Positions 1-10,100 of a stretch of 64,000 bases of DNA are shown here, one piece after another. Origin of the DNA: Spirochaetota bacterium (GTDB lineage: Bacteria; Spirochaetota; UBA4802; JAFGDQ01); contig JAZDKB010000027.1 of NCBI GenBank assembly GCA_043803405.1, positions 32,001-96,000 of the forward strand, given 5' to 3'. Under the pieces are notes generated by a model. It saw only the letters and a program-made list of their open reading frames with translations, had not been told where the DNA came from and did no database searches. The position numbers were made by a program, and so were the translations under genes. Numbering within the stretch: position 1 is the first letter of the stretch; each line of letters begins with the position of its first letter.

Positions 1-771
1 ATTCAGCTTGTTGCCAATGAGTTACAAAAGATTATTAACCAGCGTTGTATAGAAGCAACGCTGAAAGATGCACGGGAGGAACTTGTACGCAAAGAAAAGC
101 TCGCTGTTCTTGGCCAGCTTGCGGGGATCGTGGGGCATGAGATCCGTAATCCTCTGGGAGTAATGAGCAATGCCGTCTACTTTCTTAAAACTGTCATATC
201 AAATCCGGATGAAAAAGTGAAAGAGTATCTGCATATTATCAGCCAGGAGATTGATAATTCGCATCGTATTATCTCGGATCTTCTGGATTTTGCCCGGACG
301 AAGACACCCCAGGTAAGAGCGGTTGTTGTCAGGGAGCTTGTCACTGAGTCTTTAGGAAAATGTTTAATACCCGGGAATATTGAATCACAGACGGACATTC
401 CGGACACATTGCCGAAAGTCAATGCAGACCCGTTTCAGATAGGGCAGGTATTGCAGAACCTTATTACTAACGCAATACAGGCCATGCCGAAGGGAGGCAA
501 ACTTCGCATAAGCGCTGTTTCTGCTAATGAAACCGGTTTTATAGAAATCAGAGTGTCCGATACAGGGGAAGGGATATCGCCTGAGAATATGGAGAAACTC
601 TTCCAGCCACTGTTTACTACCAAGGTGCGCGGGATTGGGCTGGGGCTTGTGGTCTGTAAAAACCAGGTGGAGGTTAACGGAGGAACGATAACAGTTGAGA
701 GCAAACACGGTGAGGGAACGACATTTGTGGTAAAATTAAAAACTGCAGATGGGGGAAGAAAACATGAGTGA
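1..771 (+). CDS. Sensor histidine kinase, C-terminal part (HisKA + HATPase_c), 5' truncated by window
   Basis: Frame open from base 1 (IQLVANELQ...EKLAVLGQLAGIVGHEIRNPL); H-box HEIRNPL, N-box NLITNAIQAM, G1 DTGEGI, F-box LFQPLFTTK, G2 GIGLGL. Confidence 0.93.
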   Translation: MQLVANELQKIINQRCIEATLKDAREELVRKEKLAVLGQLAGIVGHEIRNPLGVMSNAVYFLKTVISNPDEKVKEYLHIISQEIDNSHRIISDLLDFARTKTPQVRAVVVRELVTESLGKCLIPGNIESQTDIPDTLPKVNADPFQIGQVLQNLITNAIQAMPKGGKLRISAVSANETGFIEIRVSDTGEGISPENMEKLFQPLFTTKVRGIGLGLVVCKNQVEVNGGTITVESKHGEGTTFVVKLKTADGGRKHE

Positions 772-1528
772 TACAATAAGGGTGCTTGTGGTTGATGATG
801 ACCAAAGGATGGCCAAAACCATCTATGATATTCTGATGATTAAAGGATATACTGCCATTGTGGCAAATAGCGGGGAGGAAGCGATAGAAAAAGTAAAGGC
901 TGATGTGCCAGACTCCGTACTTATGGATATTAAAATGTCGGGTATTAACGGCATCGAAACACTTGCTGTCCTTAAAAAATTAGCGCCCGGTCTTCCTGTG
1001 ATACTTATGAGCGCGTACGCAACCGCGGAACAGGTCATTGAAGCAAAGCTATATGGGGCTTACACTGTTCTTAATAAACCGATAAATATCCTGGGAGTGC
1101 TCGCTTTCCTTTCATTGCTGAGAAAAGAAAAAAGCATCCTTATAGTCGACGATGATCCCGGCTTTTGTAGGACTATGGGGGGTGTTCTGGAATCGAAGGG
1201 CTATAAAGTTGAAACAGAAAATAACCCGGAGAATGTGATTGCCGATATGGACAGGGAGTACAAACTGGTCGTTTTGCTTAACATCAAACTTAATACTGTA
1301 GACGGCACTGATGTGCTTCGGGCAATACGCAGCAGATATCCTTCTAAGCCGGTAATCCTGGTCACCAATTGCAGGGAAGAAATGACGGATTCAATTGAAA
1401 AGGGATTTAAAATAGGCGCATATACCTGTTTGTATAAACCATTTGAGATAGACTATCTGGTTCATTGTATAGAGGAGATAGATAAAAAGAAAATTCAGGC
1501 TGTGCTGGGGGAAAAGATTGATATATAA
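764..1528 (+). CDS. Tandem receiver (REC-REC) protein
   Basis: Two REC domains (VLVVDDD...DIKM...KP; ILIVDDD...NIKL...KP); ATG 764 overlaps the kinase stop; second REC has Asn at the phospho-Asp position. Confidence 0.9.
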   Translation: MSDTIRVLVVDDDQRMAKTIYDILMIKGYTAIVANSGEEAIEKVKADVPDSVLMDIKMSGINGIETLAVLKKLAPGLPVILMSAYATAEQVIEAKLYGAYTVLNKPINILGVLAFLSLLRKEKSILIVDDDPGFCRTMGGVLESKGYKVETENNPENVIADMDREYKLVVLLNIKLNTVDGTDVLRAIRSRYPSKPVILVTNCREEMTDSIEKGFKIGAYTCLYKPFEIDYLVHCIEEIDKKKIQAVLGEKIDI

Positions 1529-1663
1529 ACATCACGCACAAAGCCGGGTGTCGATCACTGTTAATAGCAATACAAAATTTTGGGTGATAGTTTTATAAAC
1601 ATAATACCTTTGCTTTCGTACCGGGGCTCCGGAGAATTTTATATAACAGAAAGGAGAGTCATT

Positions 1664-2371
1664 ATGCAAAAACAGATGATTTTAATAATAGATGATGATT
1701 CGAATATCAGGAAAACCCTTTCCGACGTTCTGACTGTAAAAGGATTTGATGTGTCTTCCGCCTGCAATGGGGAAGAAGGTCTTGATTTGCTGAAACAAAT
1801 CCAGGCGAACCTGGTAATCGTTGATCTTGGACTTCCCGATATGCCCGGTCTGGATGTGTTAGGCAGGATTAAGGCAGATAATCCTTACACGGAAGCCATA
1901 ATACTTACCGGCAATGCGTCCCTCGATTCCGCAATTGAAGCGACAAACAGGGGGGCATTCTCCTACCTGACCAAGCCCTATGATATAGATCAGCTTTTGC
2001 TCCATATAAGACGCGCGCTTGAAAAACAGGAGTCCCAGGAAAAAATTGCAGCGCACAATATCGAGTTAGAGTATATAAACAAAATATTACGCGAGACGAA
2101 CGCGCAGCTTGCAAAAGAAGTTACTAAACGTATATGGGCGGAGGAGAAAAGAAAAAAACTAATCATTGAACTGAAAGACGCACTTTCTAAAATAAAGACA
2201 TTAAGCGGATTGCTTCCTATATGCGCTTCCTGTAAAAAAATACGAAATGACAAAGGTTATTGGGAACAAATCGAAGAATATATAAGCAACAGGTCAAATG
2301 CCGATTTTACTCACGGTATTTGCCCTGATTGTATGAAAAAACTGTATCCGGAATTCTGTAAAGACAAATGA
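1664..2371 (+). CDS. Response regulator: REC + coiled coil + C-terminal CxxC...HGICPDC motif
   Basis: SD AAGGAG before ATG 1664; IIDDD, DLGLPD, KP; tail LPICASCKKIR...FTHGICPDC. Confidence 0.9.
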   Translation: MQKQMILIIDDDSNIRKTLSDVLTVKGFDVSSACNGEEGLDLLKQIQANLVIVDLGLPDMPGLDVLGRIKADNPYTEAIILTGNASLDSAIEATNRGAFSYLTKPYDIDQLLLHIRRALEKQESQEKIAAHNIELEYINKILRETNAQLAKEVTKRIWAEEKRKKLIIELKDALSKIKTLSGLLPICASCKKIRNDKGYWEQIEEYISNRSNADFTHGICPDCMKKLYPEFCKDK

Positions 2372-2389
2372 GTTAGGAAGATACGTGAA

Positions 2390-3775
2390 ATGCAAAGACA
2401 AACGATTTTTATAATAGACGATGACCCGAATATCGGGAAAACCCTGTCGGATATTTTAACCGCAAAAGGATACGATGTATCCGCAGCCGGGAGCGGGAAA
2501 GAAGGGCTTGATTTGCTGAAGCAAACTCCGGCGAACCTGGTAATTATTGATCTTGGGCTTCCCGACATATCCGGACTTGAGGTTTTAGGCATGATTAAGG
2601 CAGGCAATCCTTTTACGGAAGCCATAATCCTTACTGGTAACGCGTCTCTCGATTCCGCAATTGAAGCGACAAACAGGGGGGCATTCTCATATTTACTCAA
2701 ACCTTATGATATTGACCAGCTCATTGTACATATCAGACGCGCATTCGAAAAACAGCAGGCTCAGGAAGAAATAGCTTTGCACAACACCGAACTTAAGAAG
2801 ATTAATACTGAATTGCAGATTCTTAACGAGATATCGCTTGCAATCAGTAAAACAATCGAATTGAACGAATTGCTTCAGGGAGTCCTTCAGGTTATTGCCA
2901 ACATGGATATTTTTGAAACGAAGTCTGTCGGCGCCGCCTTTCTCGTGGAAGAAGGCCGGCTGCGTCTTGTCGCCTCTATTGGCTATCTCGATTCCGGGCC
3001 GGAGATCTGTAATGGCACCCGGACAGGTGAATGTCTTTGCGGTCTTGCAGTAAAAACCGGCCAAGTTTTAGTATCGAAAAATTCCGGTTCGGATGCCCGC
3101 CATTGTACTATGCGTACCGATATTGCCGATCATGGCCACATCATTATTCCTCTTAAGCTGCCGGGCAAGGTCATCGGGGTCATTTCTCTGCAAACCCATA
3201 CGGGCATGCAGGTCAGCGAGCAGACACTCAGACTGCTTTCCACGCTGGGAAATCAGATTGGAATTGCAGTCAACAATGCACATTTATATGAAGAAGCCAA
3301 GGATCATTCGCTTCACGATCCTTTGACCGGGCTTGCCAACAGGCGTTTCATGCAAATTGAACTGGAGAAAAAATTCAAATATGTGGAAAGATACGGCTGG
3401 CAACTGGCGATCATTATGATCGATATTGACTTTTTTAAAAAGTACAATGACGAACGAGGCCATGTCGAAGGCGACAGGCTCCTGGTCGCAGTGGCGAATT
3501 TGCTGCTTCGGGAAATAAGGACTTCCGATTACGTATTCAGATACGGCGGCGAAGAATTTTTGATTATCTTCCCGCGATCCGACAGGGCATTACTGCTGGA
3601 AGCAGCCGAAAGACTCAGAAAGTCCGTAGAAACAAACACGGAAGTCACGATCAGCATAGGTATTGCTATGTGGCACAAGGATATGGCAAACATTCAGTCT
3701 CTTATTGCCAGTGCCGATACTGCGCTTTACAAGGCAAAACAGGAAGGACGAAACAGGGTAATTCTTGCGGAGTGA
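2390..3775 (+). CDS. Diguanylate cyclase (REC-GAF-GGDEF)
   Basis: DPLTGLANRR, DIDFFKKYND, RYGGEEF active site with RTSD I-site; N-terminal REC and central GAF. Confidence 0.93.
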   Translation: MQRQTIFIIDDDPNIGKTLSDILTAKGYDVSAAGSGKEGLDLLKQTPANLVIIDLGLPDISGLEVLGMIKAGNPFTEAIILTGNASLDSAIEATNRGAFSYLLKPYDIDQLIVHIRRAFEKQQAQEEIALHNTELKKINTELQILNEISLAISKTIELNELLQGVLQVIANMDIFETKSVGAAFLVEEGRLRLVASIGYLDSGPEICNGTRTGECLCGLAVKTGQVLVSKNSGSDARHCTMRTDIADHGHIIIPLKLPGKVIGVISLQTHTGMQVSEQTLRLLSTLGNQIGIAVNNAHLYEEAKDHSLHDPLTGLANRRFMQIELEKKFKYVERYGWQLAIIMIDIDFFKKYNDERGHVEGDRLLVAVANLLLREIRTSDYVFRYGGEEFLIIFPRSDRALLLEAAERLRKSVETNTEVTISIGIAMWHKDMANIQSLIASADTALYKAKQEGRNRVILAE

Positions 3776-3824
3776 AAGTTCTGGTCTGTTTTTTCTGCAT
3801 AGTAAAAAATCCGGATTGTCTTCT

Positions 3825-6665
3825 TTATATTTTTTCCTCAATTATTTCTCTAACAGTCTTTAGAATCCTCTCCGGCGTAAAAGGTTTCTGAATAAAATAT
3901 CTTGCACCTGCTTCATAAAGCCTTGCTTTTAAATCCGGGTTTATGTATCCGCTTATCATAATTATTCTGGCATTCGGGTTCATTGCTTTTATTTGTTTAT
4001 ACACTTCTTCACCGTCCATCCGCGGCAGGCCTATATCGGATATTACGACGTTTATGTTCCCGATGTAATTCCGGTATGCCGTTATGCCCTGCAGGCCGTC
4101 AAAAGCAGTTATGACTTTATATCCTTTTAAAACAAGTATTGTTGTCAGCAGTTCATTGTCCTGTTTTTCATCTTCAATAAGAAGAATGGTTTCCGTGCCC
4201 CGCGGAATATCAGCACCTGTTTTTGTGACAATTTGCTGGATTTCCGGTGTTTTTAGTTGCGCAGGCAGGTAAATAAAAAAGGTCGTTCCCTGCCCGATTT
4301 CGCTTGTAAGCTCAATAAAACCGCCATGATTTTTTATTATTCCAAATACAAGGGCAAGTCCCAGTCCCGTACCCTTTCCTTTCTCTTTTGTGGTAAAAAA
4401 CGGATCAAAGATTTTTTGTTTAACCGTTTCGTCTATCCCTGTTCCGGTATCTGCAACCTGTATCTCCACATAGTCCCCGGTTTCTGCAATGGGATTTTTT
4501 ACTCTTACCGTGCCGTTGTTTACACGCTTTGTCCTGATTGTTATTGTACCCCCTAACGGCATCGCATCGCGCGCATTTACGCAAAGATTAAGGAATATCT
4601 GGTGGATCTGGGTGCTGTCTCCGGTGATCAAAGGAAGCTCTTCCTGGAGTTCACATTTTATCTCAATTGTTTTAGGAAATGTTTCTTTAAGAAGTCTGCT
4701 GATTTCAGTAATAATATTGTTTACCTGTACGGACTGGAATACACTTTCCGATTTTCGTGCGAAGGTGAGCAGTTGCTTTACAAGATCCGCGCCCCGCCAG
4801 CCTGCATCCAGAATATTTTCAGCGCTTTTTAGCAGTTCACTGTCGTTAATATCCGACTGTTTAATTAATGACGCGTATCCCATGATTATATTCAGAATAT
4901 TGTTAAAATCATGAGCAATCCCGCTTGCCATTGTGCCAAGGCTTTCAAGTTTCTGTGCCTGGATAAGCTGGGCTTCCAGTTTTTTTCGTTCCGATTCGTT
5001 TTGAGTCAATGCGGTAATGTCCCTTGCTACGGCAAATATCTGGTTTACTTCCGGGAGTGTAACCATATTCCATGACAGCCATTTGTATGTCCCGTCCTTG
5101 CACATAATGCGGTTTAAATAATTGCTTATAAGATGTTCGTCAGTCATCAATCTTTTGCCGATTTCGAAAGTCGATTCACGGTCTTCGGGATATACGATTT
5201 TTATAAATGGTTTTGCCATCAGTTCATCGTTTGACCAGCCAAGGGTCTTTTCCCATGCAGGGTTGATTTGTACAAGATATCCGTTAAATCTTATAATGCA
5301 CATCATATCAATGGAGTAATTGAAAAGACGGTCCCGTTCCTCCTCGATTTTTTGTTTTTGTTTATCGCGTTCTATTATGTCAATGCAGTAGGATATATCG
5401 GAGGACAGTTCTTCAAGGAGCTTTATTTCGTCTTCATCGAAAAAATCGGATTTTGAAGAATAAAAAATAATTATGCCGTAAACGCTGCCGGACTTTCTAA
5501 AAGGAAAGGCTGCCGCGGAATTGTATCCAAGTTCCAGCGCTTTATTTTCGCAGGGAATATCTTTCCCTTCTGTTCCAATATTATTGCATACGCTGTATTT
5601 ATTTTCCCTGAAAGCGGTTTCCGCAAGCCTGCAGGTTTTCAGCTCATAAGCAGATACTATATCGTTTTTATCTTTGGAAATACTGCATTGCGCTATTGTA
5701 GTTAACCGGTCAAATCCGTTTTTTGTTATACCGATCCTGCAAAATTTAAATCCTCCTGTATCGACTGCGATCCTGCAAGCGGATTCAAACAGCTTTTGCT
5801 CATCATCAGTACGTACAATTGCCTTGTTGATCTCGGATAAAACAGCATACAGCCTGTTCAGTTTATTTACTTTTTCTTCCGCTGTTTTTCGTTCGGTAAT
5901 GTCGTGAATTATGCTGTGAAGGAGATCCTTTCTCCGTACCCTGATATTGCTTGTGAGAACTTCCACATCACGGATGGAGCCGTCGGCTCTCCTGTGCCTG
6001 AATTCAAAATTAATTTTCTTTTGAGCCAATACTATTTTCATGGCGTTTTTTACTTCGTCCGGAGGAAGGGTATTGATGTCCTGAATCTTCATGCTCGTAA
6101 TCCGCTCATACGGCCAGCCGTAATAGTTCACTGCTGCTTCATTCGCATCTATAATGTTACCTGTATGCGGATCTATTAAAAGCTTAATTGCAGCGTGATA
6201 TTTAAATAAATTTTTAAACAGTTCCTCGCTTTTAAGCAGCGCTTCTTCTGCCCGCACGCGCGTTTCTTTTTCCTTTGCTTCATCAAGCGCCCGTTTTATC
6301 GCAAAAGGAAGCCTTTTAGGTTTATCTTTCAGGACATAATCTACCGCACCCTGTTTAATAAGTTCGATCGCTATTTCCTCGCCTATTGAACCCGAGACAC
6401 AGATAACAGGAACATTAGGGCATATCTCGCTGGATAAACGAAGCGCGTTGAAGGCGTCGTATCCGGGCAGTTTAAAATCGGCCAGGATTAAATCGTATTT
6501 ATTGTTAAGCAGCGATGATTTGAAATCATCTTCGCGGTCAACCCGCGTAATATTAAAGTTAAACCCTGCAACCGACAACTGCTCGCAGATCAATTCAAAG
6601 TCTTTCACGGAGTCTTCAAGCGAAAGAATATTTAACTTTGTTCCGCTTTTAAGATTATCATTCAT
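3825..6665 (-). CDS. Hybrid sensor histidine kinase (REC-PAS-GAF-PAS-HisKA-HATPase-REC)
   Basis: HDFNNIL H-box, NLCVNARDAM, DTGTGI, FDPFFTTK, GTGLGL; REC at both ends; ATG 6665 overlaps the upstream regulator stop. Confidence 0.93.
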   Translation of the reverse strand: MNDNLKSGTKLNILSLEDSVKDFELICEQLSVAGFNFNITRVDREDDFKSSLLNNKYDLILADFKLPGYDAFNALRLSSEICPNVPVICVSGSIGEEIAIELIKQGAVDYVLKDKPKRLPFAIKRALDEAKEKETRVRAEEALLKSEELFKNLFKYHAAIKLLIDPHTGNIIDANEAAVNYYGWPYERITSMKIQDINTLPPDEVKNAMKIVLAQKKINFEFRHRRADGSIRDVEVLTSNIRVRRKDLLHSIIHDITERKTAEEKVNKLNRLYAVLSEINKAIVRTDDEQKLFESACRIAVDTGGFKFCRIGITKNGFDRLTTIAQCSISKDKNDIVSAYELKTCRLAETAFRENKYSVCNNIGTEGKDIPCENKALELGYNSAAAFPFRKSGSVYGIIIFYSSKSDFFDEDEIKLLEELSSDISYCIDIIERDKQKQKIEEERDRLFNYSIDMMCIIRFNGYLVQINPAWEKTLGWSNDELMAKPFIKIVYPEDRESTFEIGKRLMTDEHLISNYLNRIMCKDGTYKWLSWNMVTLPEVNQIFAVARDITALTQNESERKKLEAQLIQAQKLESLGTMASGIAHDFNNILNIIMGYASLIKQSDINDSELLKSAENILDAGWRGADLVKQLLTFARKSESVFQSVQVNNIITEISRLLKETFPKTIEIKCELQEELPLITGDSTQIHQIFLNLCVNARDAMPLGGTITIRTKRVNNGTVRVKNPIAETGDYVEIQVADTGTGIDETVKQKIFDPFFTTKEKGKGTGLGLALVFGIIKNHGGFIELTSEIGQGTTFFIYLPAQLKTPEIQQIVTKTGADIPRGTETILLIEDEKQDNELLTTILVLKGYKVITAFDGLQGITAYRNYIGNINVVISDIGLPRMDGEEVYKQIKAMNPNARIIMISGYINPDLKARLYEAGARYFIQKPFTPERILKTVREIIEEKI

Positions 6666-7113
6666 CCTGTGTTCCTTTTTCAGGTGGCAGTTCATTAAGC
6701 ATTGCCCAGAATATTCCTATATGTTTAACTGCATCAATAAAACTCTTGAAGCTAACCGGCTTTACAACATAAGCATTTACCCCAAGTTCATAACACGTTT
6801 TCAAATCCGGTTCCTCCCGTGATGACGTAAGCATAACTACAGGAAGCGTTTTAAGTTTCTTGTCGCTTCGGATACTTTTTAATACTTCAATCCCGTTCAT
6901 GCGCGGCATTTTAATATCGAGAAGCAGCACTGCCGGATTCCCCGGCCTGCGGTCTTTGAATTTTCCTTCATAATGCAGGTATTCAAGCACTTCTATGCCG
7001 TCTTTTACTGTAATTACCTGGTTGGCAAGATTATGTTCAGCAAGGGCTTCAATAGTTAATTCCACATCTTTTGGATTGTCTTCAGCCATCAATATTATTT
7101 TCAGTTCGACCAT
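6658..7113 (-). CDS. Single-domain response regulator (Rcp1-like)
   Basis: AEDNPKD, LLDIKMPRMNG, LTSSREEPD, NAYVVKP; SD GGAGG upstream. Confidence 0.92.
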   Translation of the reverse strand: MVELKIILMAEDNPKDVELTIEALAEHNLANQVITVKDGIEVLEYLHYEGKFKDRRPGNPAVLLLDIKMPRMNGIEVLKSIRSDKKLKTLPVVMLTSSREEPDLKTCYELGVNAYVVKPVSFKSFIDAVKHIGIFWAMLNELPPEKGTQDE

Positions 7114-7115
7114 GG

Positions 7116-10100
7116 TTAATCCTCCTTGTTCTTAGGCAGAGAAAAATAAAATACTGCACCTTTATCCGTTTCGCCTTCGGCCCATGTGCGGCCTTTGTGC
7201 CGCAGGATGATGCGGCGCACATTCGCAAGGCCGATCCCTGTTCCTTCGTAATCTTCAACAGAATGAAGCCGCTGGAAGACTCCGAACAATTTATCCGCGT
7301 ATTGCATATCGAAACCGGCACCGTTATCGCGGACAGAAAATACACACTCTTTTTCTTCTGCGCTGTATCCGATTTCAATCTTCCCTTTTTTCTTTTTACG
7401 CGTAAATTTAACGGCATTGCTTAATAAATTGTACCATACAAGTTTAAGCAGATTATAATCCCCGCATACGGACGGCAATACCGGTATGGTCCACGTAATT
7501 TCCCGGTTCCCGCTGTCTTTTTTAACAGCATCCAGGACTTCCTGCAGCAGGCCGTTCATTTCAAATTCAACTAAATGCATCTCCTGCCTGCTTGTTCTGG
7601 AGAACTGCAGCAGATCGTCTATCAGCTGTCCCATTTGCTTTATGGAATCCGCGATTGAATCCAGATAGTGCTTCCCTTTTTCCGGCAACGAATCCGGGAA
7701 TCGGCTGGCGAGCAACTCCATGTACCCGCTAATGTGCCGCAGCGGCGCGCGCAGGTCGTGCGAGACCGAATAACTGAAAGCTTCCAGTTCTTTGTTTGTA
7801 GCTTCAAGCTGGGCTGTACGCAATGAAACTTTTTCTTCCAGCTTCTCATTCAGTGCGCGGATTTCTTCTTCTGCTTGTATGCGCAGGATGGCTGTGCCCA
7901 ATTGCATCCCTGCTTTTTCCAGTATTTCGACTATATACAAAGGCACCTTATTTTCTGAAGTATCCGCTACGTGAATAAGGCCGAGAATATGGTACTTGAA
8001 CCTGATCGGGATAAGGGCAACTGATTCATAACCCACCTGATTGCATACATTGCGTGTCTTTCCTTTATCTTCTTCTGAAACTGTAGCGAGAAATCTGGTC
8101 GTTCCGTTCATATAGAATGATCCGCCAGCTGTGTAAAACGGCAATTTGGCATCAGTTGTCCCTTTTATAACATTAATACACATGCAATTATCCGATTTAA
8201 TGCTAAGCGGGCTTTCTTTTTCATAAAAATCCCGGCTAAACCCCAAATAAGTAAGATATGGGATATTGCCTTCCTGATCGAGAATACGTATTCCGACTGC
8301 ATTGCATGTAGTATAATTCTTTATCTCTTTGACAAATTCGTCCAGTAAAGGAGAAAGTTCCATATTTGTATAAGCGATTTGGAGAAATCGAGTAGATGCT
8401 TTCAAAGACTCTTCCGCCTGTTTGCGCGCAGTTATATCCTGCATGGCGTGGAGCGCGAACTGCTGACCGCCGATCGTCACTGTGTTGATGCTTGTCAGAA
8501 TTGTGAGCGCATCGCCGGATTTTGTGTACAAAGTCCGTTCAATATTCTGGACTGTATTATGCGTATGAAGTTCTTTAACAATGCGTTCACGGGCTTCGAT
8601 TTCGCGGTTAATCTCGAGTTCGATCGAATTTTTCCCGATAACTTCTTCTTTTGTAAAACCGAAAAGCCTCAGCCACGCGTCATTGACATCCACGAATTTA
8701 TGATCCGGGTACTGTGACAGCAGTACAGGGAGCGAGCTTTTATTGAATAAAATAGAAAATTTCTCTTCGCTTCTGTGCAGGGCTTCCTCTGCTTGTTTGC
8801 GTGCAGTGATCACTTCGGAAAATAGAATTATTCCGCCGATTTTTTCCGGATATTCGTACCATGGACGGACTTCCCATCTTACCCAGTCTGTTCTGCCGTC
8901 ACTTCTTGGAAAGGGATCTTCTTCGCTCCGTTCTATTGCCCCTGCTAAACAGTGACGATGTATTTCTTTAATTCTGTCAGGTATCTCCGGGAATATATCG
9001 TAATGGGACTTTCCAGTTATATCCATGCTGCCAAGATTATAATCTTCAAGAAAACGGTTGCTTGCAGTTATATATTTCATTTCATTGTCAAACATTGCTA
9101 TTGCTGCCGGAGCGTGTTCTATAAAAAGCTGAAGCTGAAGCTTGGTTTTCCGGAGCGAAATTTCCGCCTGCTTGCGTTCCGTAATAACATCGAATACCGC
9201 AACAAAATATTCCCTGGCCGGGCTGTAAACTGATATCGAAAACCACATCTTTAAGGCCTCAACATATATCTCAAATGATTCAGGTTTTCCTCCAAGAGCC
9301 ACCCTGCCGTATAAATCAAATAGTTTCGGATCACTTTCATAAATGCCCGGGATAACCTTGCTGACTTTTTTCCCTGTCACATTTTTAAGTCCCGTATGTT
9401 TCTCGAATGACGGATTAACAGCAAGGTATATGAAATCAACAGGCCGGTTATTCTCGAATAACATTTTGCAGTAAGCGAATCCGTTGAGCATGTTTTCAAA
9501 AAGAGAGTGGTAAAGTGTTTCGCTTTCCTGCAAAGCCTTTCTCGATGCCCGTTCTTCGGACTGGTCGCGGAAAACAAGCACAACACCGGAAATTTCACCT
9601 GCTTCGTTCCTTACAGGCGCGCCGCTGTCTGCTATTGGGATATCCCTGCCGTCCTTCGAAATCAGCAGCGTATGATTGGCAAGTCTTATTATAAGGCCTT
9701 CTTTCAGGACTCTTACTACAGGGTTCTCAATCGTTTCCCTGGTTACTTCATGGATTATTCTGAAAATTTTTTCAAGAGGAAGGCCTTTGCCTTCGGCTTC
9801 ATTCCAGCCGGTTAACTGTTCAGCTACAGGGTTCATTCTGTTGATGAGCCCGCTTATGTCGGTTGTAATTACCGCGTCGCCTATACTGTATAAAACGGTT
9901 TTGTGTTCTTCCTGCGTCTTCCTAAGTTCAATTTCTTTGTTGAGCAGTTTCTCAAGAGTTTTTTTCTGTCCGGAATTATATTTTAAGGAAAAGGCGGTGC
10001 CTGTTAAAATGATCAGTGCAATTGTGAACAGGCTGATAATAATTGCCCTGAAGTAGAGCTCGCTGTAAATTTCGCTTTTATCAACCTTGGCTATCATAAA

